Below are positions 1 through 8,899 of a DNA stretch of 64,000 nt, in pieces (the first letter of the stretch is position 1; every line of letters starts with the position of its first letter). The stretch is taken from positions 62,001 through 126,000 of the IMG/VR virus record IMGVR_UViG_3300008954_003475; one strand, written 5' to 3'. The position numbers and the translations under genes are program-made. Under the pieces are notes generated by a model that worked only from the letters and a program-made list of their open reading frames with translations, was not told where the DNA came from and did not search any database.

Positions 1-579
1 AGATGCTGAAAGAAAATCATATATAGCATTTGTTGGAGCCCCGGGCCGAGAGGTGACGGATAGCTGTCTGGTGTCTAAAATACTCATATAAGAATAACTT
101 CCATCTTGCGTAAGGTTTTCCTGTTCACTAATCAAGTTTCCCGTTTCACTTACAGCAATCAATGCCTCATCAGCGTTTAAATCTGCCGAAGAAGGCATTC
201 CTAACATTCTGAAAAACGCATTCTCATATGACTCCATTACAGCCTCTGCATCCACAACTTCTTCAAGAGTTTTCTCCTCCCCTGTTACAGTTGGAATTTC
301 CTGAGCCAATTCAAATGGTAAATACGAAGACCTCATTCCGCTAAGTTCAGCAAAAAGTGAAGAAAAATTTTCCGCTACTTCTCCAAACATTTTCGCATAA
401 GCCTCGCCTTGGCCTCCTGGTGGTACAAAATCATTGTTTACACCGAACTGATCTGCCAAAGAGGCTAGGGCGGTTCCGAGGGCGGCGCTTAATTCGTTTG
501 TGGTCATACCAGAAGCGTCTACATTTGATTCTGCTTTTGCTATAAGATCTTGAATACCACCCGAGCTTGCAACTGTCAT
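1..579 (-). CDS. Hypothetical baseplate-region protein, partial (runs off the window start)
   Basis: Manually translated: ATG at 579, 3 nt after the stop of the 2738-aa gene, open for 193 codons to position 1 (MTVASSGGIQDLIAKAESNVDASGMTTNELSAALG...). Missing from the ORF track because there is no stop in the window. Confidence 0.8.
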   Translation of the reverse strand, partial: MTVASSGGIQDLIAKAESNVDASGMTTNELSAALGTALASLADQFGVNNDFVPPGGQGEAYAKMFGEVAENFSSLFAELSGMRSSYLPFELAQEIPTVTGEEKTLEEVVDAEAVMESYENAFFRMLGMPSSADLNADEALIAVSETGNLISEQENLTQDGSYSYMSILDTRQLSVTSRPGAPTNAIYDFLSAS

Positions 580-582
580 ACT

Positions 583-3500
583 TTAATTCTCCAATTTCGT
601 TCCGAAGGTTTGAGGTCCTGGCTTGGCAGACTTGGCGCTTTCATCTCTATCGTCATCTCCATACTTGCCGGAAGCTCCTCCGCCACCGGAGTCGGACCCG
701 CTCTTAGGTACGAATAAAATAGTAAGTGTTCTATCTACCTTCATTAATTCACCTGGAGCAAAAAGCAACGAATCTGCTTCTGCATCGCCTGTGCTTTCCG
801 CATCTTCTATGCAATCTACATCGGAAGAGGCCGAAGCATCCTCAGACTCTCCTCTTGTATCAATTATGCCTGACTCTGTAACAGCCTGTATGATAACCGA
901 ACAAACGGTCCCTCTCATAACAACCTTGCCCGGAGAATCCGCCGTTACAGCCAATGTATATGTTGATTCGTCCTTATCTACCAAATCTTCTTCTCCGGCG
1001 ATAACCTCGATCCGTCTTGCCGAACCTGTGTCGTCCGTCAAAAAGTCTATTTTGATGCTATCGCTTAAATCAAGAGCTTGAGATATTTCTTCATCATAAC
1101 AATCTCTTGGTATAAGTTCAATAAGAACCTTTGATTCGGCCTCTGCAACGATCATATCTCCAACTCCAGAAGCATATTCCATAGCTCCCGTAATAGACGG
1201 GAAGCCTTCCATTTCATCAAAGTCTAATTCGTCAACAATATCGCTCTTAATCAAGGTTGCAAGATCTTTTTGCTCTGGATTTATATATTCCGTAAGCGGT
1301 GTTTCATCGTCATCTCCAAGCAGCTTAAACGTTGTATTCAATGGGTTAATAACAAACCTGCAAGTATCATCTATAGAATTCTCAACGCATGCCTTAAGAG
1401 CGTCATACTTCGTTATAATGAGCGGCATCGGAACGGGATTGAGGGCCAGCTTAAGCTCCCCTGTATCTTCATCCTCAACGGCTCCGATGGCAAGTTCGTG
1501 TCTTAACTTTGGAATAATCCCAAGAGGCACGCCATCGTCATCTAACTCTTCGCTCTTAAAGTGCTGAAGGAATTCCTGCAAACAATCTAATGTGGGGGTT
1601 ATTGCTATGTCTCCCAAGTCTTCTTCGAAGCCTGGAAGGTCCAAGAGAAGCTCCATCGGCCCCGAGGCACCGCAAGCTGATGCGATATCATCGGCAACCT
1701 GTCTAACGTCAACAATGTAAAGCCTTGGGAAGTCAAACACCTTGATTGAATCAAGAGAATTTCCAAGATCCTTTTGTTCTTTTCTGTGACCGCCGCCAAA
1801 ATCATATGCCCATCCAAGCTCTGGAAATGGCATTTTATGTGCATCTTCCCAAGAGACTTCAAGAGTGTCGTCTGCTACAGTCTCCATAACAAGGAAGGAG
1901 GAGGCTGTGGAGGTGGCTGCATCTCCGCTATTTGTCCAACTTATCTCATACCCTTCCACAAAGCCCTCCCCCGCATCTGTATCAGGCTCTCCAGATATCT
2001 CAAAGGCTGTCCACGCAGCCTCTAAGGCCGCCCCCTGTTTTGTCTTTGGCAAATATTCAGTACCAGATGGTGCCAAACCAGACAAGAAGCTTGCATTGGC
2101 TTGAGCTTTAATAACAAGCTCTCCATCAACGGGGTATTCTGCTACGCCGGAAGCAGTCGCAGCAGCTCCTGGGTCGCCGGATAATATAGTACTTTTTGGA
2201 TCAATATTTCTATAAACCTCTTGATCTTCCTTTCCAAATCTTTTCTTTGGAGCACTTGGATGATTAATCATCTTTGCGTTTATTGATTCAATCTCCCCAC
2301 TCTCAGTCACAATAATTCCACCGCCTGTATCTGTTTCTTCGACAAAATATACATTAAACTCATCATCAACAAGGGCAATCATTGGAATGTTTCCAAAAGT
2401 TTTAGTAACTGTAACTGGATTAAACTCAGCCACCATAGTCTCCTCATTAACACTAGCCTCTTGAAGTTCAATCTCTACAGTTAACGGCTTTGGCTGATAG
2501 CCGTCTCCAGACTTTGTTAAGAAAATACCCGTCTTTCCATCTATTGGGCTAATAAAATCAAAATCACTTCCATCCTCTCCCTCGCCGGAGCTACCGCCAC
2601 AAACATGTAATGAATCATCCGTACTTCTCAAAAACATCGGTGGAGAATCAAGAGTCTGTAACTCGCTTATAGTTTTCTTTCTAAAAAATAATGGGAACAA
2701 TAAGAAGAATGGCCACCACGAAACTATACTTGTTTTGCCCCTATCGTTGAATTGAAACTCCACAATTCTTGGATCTGGACCTGTAAATATTGCAAACTTT
2801 TTAACGCTTCTTGTAAAAGACAAGCCAAATGTTGCATTGAAATCACTGTCATCAAACTTCAAACCTGGATAATCAATATTGGGCATTTCCCCAGAGCCTT
2901 CGGAATCTCCTTCAAAGAACCCTCCTTCTATTACGAGCAAATTATCACCTGTAGCACTGTCTGTAAGGCCAGGCAACTCATTACCCGCATAACCACTGTT
3001 GCTAGATACAACAGCCGTACCTAGTTCATCAGATGAATCTATTAAAATATCACTAGGACATATACCGGCGGGATCATCACACCAGTCATCTCCATCGACA
3101 TCTCCATCGAGCAGATCCGGCGGCGTATTTCCCCAAGTTTTCACATTATCTACCGGCAAAGTTGTATAGGTCTGAGCCAATGGCAGTAGCGCATCGGGCT
3201 CAATTCTTCCTCTTGGAGCAACCTTGCCAAGTATCAATCCGGCAAGCTGCGATGGATCAATACAAGCCTCTTCGTCGTCATCCGCACCAATTTGACAAGG
3301 GAAGGAGAATACAAGCATCAACAGCTCCAAGAATAGCTTTAGAATCGTTATAATTGGCTCTAGAACCGATAGGTCAGCCTCAAGGCTGAACAGGTGCTCA
3401 TTTATGGCCTCCTCCAGCGCTACAATCGCCGGATAGTTCTTCTGCTCAATTGCGTTTACAAGAGCTGTTATGATTTCGTTTATAGCGTTGATGATGCTTA

Positions 3501-6500
3501 AGATCTTCAGAATCACGCAGAGCAGCAACTCCAGAAGGTGCAGTAATAATGCCAAGAACATAGCAGGAACAGAAAGCTGCGGCAATAACAATATAAGATC
3601 AAATAAGCACAAGAATAATCTAATTATTGCAAACACCAATCTTATCGGATGCAGTAAAGCACATATAACATCAATAATGCAGAAGATAACCTTGATTGGA
3701 ATCAAAAGAACTTTAAAGTTTCTAAGCTGAAGCGATAACTCTGCAGTCAAGTGGAAGGAGAGATCACAGAAACTTTGCAAAAACTCTTTTGCGATATTTG
3801 CCTTATCTAGCGTTACAGATGTAAACTTGAGGAAAAACATCTCAAGCTCTTCTTGCAGCTTGCCCGCAGGACCCGTCTTGTTTCTGTTTCCACCAAAAAT
3901 TTGGTCTGGCCATTTATCATCTAGATTTAAAGCAATATCATTGCCCATCTGACGCTTGAGCCTCATTCTATTTTCTTGAGAATTTGTAAGAGAAATGCTC
4001 ATACATTCACTCATTCCAAATACTGCAAAACTGCTCATATCCGGAATTGTGATTATCCAATTCATATAAATTCCGTCTGTAAACGGAGTTCCTTTTTTGG
4101 CCTTTACTCTCTTTCCAGCAACTTCAAATTTAGTATCCTTCTTTGTTCCAATTGTTCTTAAGTAAATATTGTCATCAGAATTGACAATCATTGTTGAAAA
4201 TATTTTTTTACCATATGATTTATATGGAAGCTTTTCATTCGGATCATTAATCCGAGCTTCTACAATTTCTGGAACATTAAACTTAATTGCAGCAACCTGC
4301 TCAAACCTAAAGGATAAAACCAATTTAAACTCATTCTCAAACTTATCTATTCCCGAAGATTGAATTGCCGCATCTTTATCTATAAAGACTTGATTAATAT
4401 TTACCTTTGTAAAATCATTTGGCCTTGGCCCCATTGACGAAGCCCTCTGCTCCACACCTTCTGCTATTTGATTAAGCATTTGGCCAGCACTTGATAATTG
4501 ATCTGAAAGCGTATTTAAAGCAGCAACCCCTGACGCTATTGCGTCAAGAACAGATTGGGCTCCGTCCATAACATCATCTACTGCACCTTGCGCAGTATCA
4601 AGAGCATTTGTAATGTCATCACCTATTGACGAAGAGTCAAGCCCTCCAGCCGCATCTGCTGCTGCACGAGCCTCCTCCAGAGCCTGCTCCTCAGCCTCTG
4701 CCGCGCTTAAGGCCTCATCTCCCAAAGATTCTTGTGCCGCTTCTTCTTTTGCAGCATACTCTGCTGCAGCTGTATCATAGTCTAATTGTAGCTCCTCGAA
4801 GGCGTCACCAGCTTCATCCATGGTTTCCTTGGCAGCATCAAGCTGCGCCTTCATCCCCTCCAGGGTTGCTGCAGCCTCTTCCTTTATCCTTTCATACATT
4901 GCGGCCATTTCAGATAAGCTTAAGGCAACCGTAGTTTGGCCATTCGTATCTATCGCAATAATCTCAACACCAGGCTTCCCCTCTTCATTTACTGGCGAAT
5001 CAGACAAAGACATGCCATATATGTCTCCACCATCTTCGGCTCCAAAAACCATATCTACACTTGGATATATTTTAATTGGATTAGCAAATTCATAATAAGC
5101 ATTTTCATTTGTAGATGGTTTGGTCCCAACCTCTTCGCCGCCCGGTCGCAAGGGATAACTTTCATTGGCAATTAATGGAAGTGGAGTTAAGCCTGCATTG
5201 CCTCCTGGGAAAATTATTGAAGACATACTCTCTTCGCCACTTGAGTCGGTAAACCTGCTAAGAGTTCCGGACAACATTGTTGTTGGTCGATCCTGACCTC
5301 TGGCCAAGACCGTTATATCCCCATCGTCCTTTACGGGGCTGCTGTCTACAACATCATCACTTATTCCACCATACCTTTCGTTAGAAAATGTAACAGTCGT
5401 TCTGTTATATAAAGTTGAATCATATGTTACATTGAAATATCTATCCTTTTTGCTTATGACTACATCTGTCCATCCCTCATCTTTAATGTTTCTTATATTT
5501 CTATAATTTGCGACAAGATATGAATTTTCAGCATACTTTATCCTTCCGGCTCTCGATGGCTTTAGTCTTTTTGACCCAATATATCCTTTATACATTTTGG
5601 ACATTCTGGCCTGCTTTGGACCGGTAAAGACTACAGACAAGCGGTCTAAACCATCTGATGTAATAATTGAAAATGGAGATATTCCAGAGCTATGACCACC
5701 TTGCGTTAGTTCGCTTAAATTATTATTTTTTATTTTTTTATTAAGCGTATTTGAATCACTATTGAGAATATCGAGAGGTATATTAGACTCAATTCTTGGC
5801 TTTCCACCTAAGGCTGATGGCAAAGTTGCAACAAACCCCAAGATATGTGGCGGAGTAATAAAGGGTCTAAGCTCAGATCCTGGCTTACTATCTTTGGCTC
5901 CCAGCGGAATAATCCCATAACTTTGATCAGAACTCGACAAAGCCTGAGGGCCGCCTGGCTCGTTGAGAGGCTCGTTAGTTATAAGAATATATGCTGGATA
6001 TTCCTTTTCTGATCCAACCAATTCAGTAAATCTGCTATAATTTAAAGATGCAGCCGCCGAGCCTGGAAAGTTTAAAATAGCTTTTCTTTTACTTATATAT
6101 TCAAAGTCTGAAGAACCAATTTCGTATCCAAATTTCATAGGAACATGAAAACTAGCTCCATTCGGACTTGCAACGGTAGCCATTTCTATCTCCGAAATAG
6201 TACCCCCGCTTCCCGTCCAGCCTATATCTTCTTCTAAAATATCAAGATTTTTACCACCAGTGTCATTCAAAATTGCTATATAAGCATAAAAGGTTCCTCC
6301 AAAAATTGGCTTTTTGGATTTAATTTTAATTTCTGCATTTTGACCATCCATAAGAAGTGGAATGGAATGAACAGCGTTTGTCTCACTTCTAAACTTTGGA
6401 ACAAAAAATCCATCTCTATCTGGGATTGGCGTAGGCGTAGGCGTAATGTCTGGCAATTCTATTTTGTCAGTACCTGGTGCTGCTACATAAATTTGAAACC

Positions 6501-8799
6501 CAGGAGAAGGATCAGTCGCGCCTTCTTCGGTCTGCGGCTGGGAGCATGTTCCGCTTGAAAGCTGTAAGCATACATAAAGCGTTCCCACATTAGATCCTAA
6601 GATATCAGACACAAGAGCTTCAGAGCGCACAGTTAAACTAGTTGATGATTGATTTGCAAAAATTACCGAATAATCACCAACGCTATCTCCGTCTTGAAAA
6701 GACCCTATTAAATTCTGCATTAATGGATCTGTATAAAAGTTAACCGAAACTACATCTGTCAAACCCTTCCCTGTAAAGGTTAATGCCTTGGTTCCATAAA
6801 AGCTAGCATCTGCGGAGAAAACCAGTTTATCATCAACAAAACCATTTGGCTTTATCTTGGTTAATGTGACTGCCTTTGGATATACTTCTATATTATTTCC
6901 TGGAACTCTTACAATTTGACCTATATCATCAACCACATAAAGAGCATATTCTGTTTTTTCTGACTCAGAATAAATATCCAACCCACTTGCAGCACCACTG
7001 GATGACCCGCTTGATGTATAAGGAATCTCAAGAACCCATTCATCGTCTGGAGCATCTTCGCTCTTTGTTTTTGTAAGCGGAATCCAAATAGGAGGAATCT
7101 GATCTTCAACACTTGTTAAAATATTTGGCCTATTAGAAGCAACAATATCTCTGGCCCCGATGGTTTTAGATTCGAAAAACTTTTCATCGTTTGTTTCGTC
7201 CGCAGGCATTCCATCTCTAAACCCGAGAAGAATATCAGGTCTATTTGCCTCACCCAAAACATCCGAAGTTCTATTCGCGCCCACCTTTGCAAGCGGAACG
7301 GACAGCGGAAATCCAAGATCTTGAAATCTATATCTATTAAATGCATTTATAAAAAAATACTGTTGCTCCAGACTGTCCTTTGCCGACTGAGAATAGGCTG
7401 TTAACATCTCTTTATTAAAAGCGGATACATCACCACTATTTATATAATCTAAAAGAACTTTATATACTGCCTGAAAATCTTCTTTCGATATATCATCAAC
7501 AGACACCACAGGGCTTGCAGAAGAATCTAAATACCCCTTTGTAAGAACCGGCGCTGTAAACATCTCTACAGCCTCCCAAGACTCCCTAAACCCCCTTACT
7601 CTGGGTGGCTTTTTCGGAGTTATAATTGGAGATAAAAAGAACTCATAAGACGCAGAGGCTTTGTCTGAATCTCTATTCGTATCATACAGCCCCTCTCTGC
7701 TAATCGCTATATAACCCTTATCTCCATATTCTGGATATGTTGTATCACCCGCCATTAACTCACAGGCCGGTGGCGCTTGATATTCAAAAGCTTCTGCAGC
7801 ATAATTATTTCCATTAAGAAATTCAAAACAAAATGTTATATACTCTTCCGAAGGCTCTCCTAGGTCGTACATATTTGTTGTGTATCCAGAGCTATCTCTT
7901 CCAGATAGGTCTGGCATTTTAATATATACCGAATCATCGTTGGCCGTATAATATCCTATATCTGATTTAAACAAATCTCCAAGGATATAATCTTCTTCTA
8001 TATGAAATATAGGAAATATATCAAGCAATATTTTGACGATACTATCATCTTCTATATCAATAACACCATCGGTTTCAGCCCCTACCCCGGTCAGGTACTG
8101 TGATAACGTTTCAAATGTCTCGCCGGAAATTCCAACGTAATTCTTTAGCCCAAACTCCTCATCTGCAGCATTAACCAAGATATCCAGCATATCTTTTAAT
8201 ACTTGCATCGGAATAAACTTAAATGTTCCAACCGTTTTTAGTCCAGATAATCTTATATTATCTTCAGCCAAAGGATCTAGCTTCTTCTGCAGGTCCGAAG
8301 CATCTTCTATGCTTTCTGAAATCATCCTTGTAAGCACAATAGATGGAACGTTACCTTCATGCCAACCATCTGTAATAGACGGCATGCTTTCTAATGATTT
8401 ATTTATTTTATTTCTAGCAGTTACAAGGCTGGCTACTCGCGGAAATTCACTCGAAGTATCAACCCCCGGTGTAATAGCGCTTATATGAGCCTTTAATCTT
8501 CCAAGTCTATATTTATTAAGCTTTTTGCTATACGTAGCTTTTGTTGTGTTTATTTTCTTATCGGACTGTAAAGATATCTTTACAATTGATCCTCCAATTA
8601 ATGGAATTTTTTCTTTATCTTTTGCAGCATCAGGAAATAAAATTTCCATATCTTTAATCTTAAGATTAGAACGCCCAGAGGATGCCGTGGACGAATCATT
8701 ATCCTCTGGATTGCAATTTACGTATATTTTTGAAAATTCTTCTTGAAGATTAATATCGCCAACTAATAGCGGAAGAATCTTAGATACATTATCACCCAT
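583..8799 (-). CDS. Giant baseplate/tail-tip-associated protein (2738 aa) with IPT/Ig-like segments, an acidic coiled coil and a hydrophobic helical block
   Basis: Long ORF directly after the spike gene. IPT/TIG-like segment (VTLTKIKP...LTFTGKGLTDVVSVNF), PTPTP linker, Ala/Glu heptad region and a ~140-aa Leu/Ile/Phe-rich block. Function inferred from synteny. Confidence 0.6.
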   Translation of the reverse strand: MGDNVSKILPLLVGDINLQEEFSKIYVNCNPEDNDSSTASSGRSNLKIKDMEILFPDAAKDKEKIPLIGGSIVKISLQSDKKINTTKATYSKKLNKYRLGRLKAHISAITPGVDTSSEFPRVASLVTARNKINKSLESMPSITDGWHEGNVPSIVLTRMISESIEDASDLQKKLDPLAEDNIRLSGLKTVGTFKFIPMQVLKDMLDILVNAADEEFGLKNYVGISGETFETLSQYLTGVGAETDGVIDIEDDSIVKILLDIFPIFHIEEDYILGDLFKSDIGYYTANDDSVYIKMPDLSGRDSSGYTTNMYDLGEPSEEYITFCFEFLNGNNYAAEAFEYQAPPACELMAGDTTYPEYGDKGYIAISREGLYDTNRDSDKASASYEFFLSPIITPKKPPRVRGFRESWEAVEMFTAPVLTKGYLDSSASPVVSVDDISKEDFQAVYKVLLDYINSGDVSAFNKEMLTAYSQSAKDSLEQQYFFINAFNRYRFQDLGFPLSVPLAKVGANRTSDVLGEANRPDILLGFRDGMPADETNDEKFFESKTIGARDIVASNRPNILTSVEDQIPPIWIPLTKTKSEDAPDDEWVLEIPYTSSGSSSGAASGLDIYSESEKTEYALYVVDDIGQIVRVPGNNIEVYPKAVTLTKIKPNGFVDDKLVFSADASFYGTKALTFTGKGLTDVVSVNFYTDPLMQNLIGSFQDGDSVGDYSVIFANQSSTSLTVRSEALVSDILGSNVGTLYVCLQLSSGTCSQPQTEEGATDPSPGFQIYVAAPGTDKIELPDITPTPTPIPDRDGFFVPKFRSETNAVHSIPLLMDGQNAEIKIKSKKPIFGGTFYAYIAILNDTGGKNLDILEEDIGWTGSGGTISEIEMATVASPNGASFHVPMKFGYEIGSSDFEYISKRKAILNFPGSAAASLNYSRFTELVGSEKEYPAYILITNEPLNEPGGPQALSSSDQSYGIIPLGAKDSKPGSELRPFITPPHILGFVATLPSALGGKPRIESNIPLDILNSDSNTLNKKIKNNNLSELTQGGHSSGISPFSIITSDGLDRLSVVFTGPKQARMSKMYKGYIGSKRLKPSRAGRIKYAENSYLVANYRNIRNIKDEGWTDVVISKKDRYFNVTYDSTLYNRTTVTFSNERYGGISDDVVDSSPVKDDGDITVLARGQDRPTTMLSGTLSRFTDSSGEESMSSIIFPGGNAGLTPLPLIANESYPLRPGGEEVGTKPSTNENAYYEFANPIKIYPSVDMVFGAEDGGDIYGMSLSDSPVNEEGKPGVEIIAIDTNGQTTVALSLSEMAAMYERIKEEAAATLEGMKAQLDAAKETMDEAGDAFEELQLDYDTAAAEYAAKEEAAQESLGDEALSAAEAEEQALEEARAAADAAGGLDSSSIGDDITNALDTAQGAVDDVMDGAQSVLDAIASGVAALNTLSDQLSSAGQMLNQIAEGVEQRASSMGPRPNDFTKVNINQVFIDKDAAIQSSGIDKFENEFKLVLSFRFEQVAAIKFNVPEIVEARINDPNEKLPYKSYGKKIFSTMIVNSDDNIYLRTIGTKKDTKFEVAGKRVKAKKGTPFTDGIYMNWIITIPDMSSFAVFGMSECMSISLTNSQENRMRLKRQMGNDIALNLDDKWPDQIFGGNRNKTGPAGKLQEELEMFFLKFTSVTLDKANIAKEFLQSFCDLSFHLTAELSLQLRNFKVLLIPIKVIFCIIDVICALLHPIRLVFAIIRLFLCLFDLILLLPQLSVPAMFLALLLHLLELLLCVILKILSIINAINEIITALVNAIEQKNYPAIVALEEAINEHLFSLEADLSVLEPIITILKLFLELLMLVFSFPCQIGADDDEEACIDPSQLAGLILGKVAPRGRIEPDALLPLAQTYTTLPVDNVKTWGNTPPDLLDGDVDGDDWCDDPAGICPSDILIDSSDELGTAVVSSNSGYAGNELPGLTDSATGDNLLVIEGGFFEGDSEGSGEMPNIDYPGLKFDDSDFNATFGLSFTRSVKKFAIFTGPDPRIVEFQFNDRGKTSIVSWWPFFLLFPLFFRKKTISELQTLDSPPMFLRSTDDSLHVCGGSSGEGEDGSDFDFISPIDGKTGIFLTKSGDGYQPKPLTVEIELQEASVNEETMVAEFNPVTVTKTFGNIPMIALVDDEFNVYFVEETDTGGGIIVTESGEIESINAKMINHPSAPKKRFGKEDQEVYRNIDPKSTILSGDPGAAATASGVAEYPVDGELVIKAQANASFLSGLAPSGTEYLPKTKQGAALEAAWTAFEISGEPDTDAGEGFVEGYEISWTNSGDAATSTASSFLVMETVADDTLEVSWEDAHKMPFPELGWAYDFGGGHRKEQKDLGNSLDSIKVFDFPRLYIVDVRQVADDIASACGASGPMELLLDLPGFEEDLGDIAITPTLDCLQEFLQHFKSEELDDDGVPLGIIPKLRHELAIGAVEDEDTGELKLALNPVPMPLIITKYDALKACVENSIDDTCRFVINPLNTTFKLLGDDDETPLTEYINPEQKDLATLIKSDIVDELDFDEMEGFPSITGAMEYASGVGDMIVAEAESKVLIELIPRDCYDEEISQALDLSDSIKIDFLTDDTGSARRIEVIAGEEDLVDKDESTYTLAVTADSPGKVVMRGTVCSVIIQAVTESGIIDTRGESEDASASSDVDCIEDAESTGDAEADSLLFAPGELMKVDRTLTILFVPKSGSDSGGGGASGKYGDDDRDESAKSAKPGPQTFGTKLEN

Positions 8800-8899
8800 A
8801 CTTAACCCTTAAACTAACTTGATTTACAAACTTATTATACCAACTTATCTACACAAAGATTAAATAAATTAATTGATTATAAAATAGAAAATATAACAA

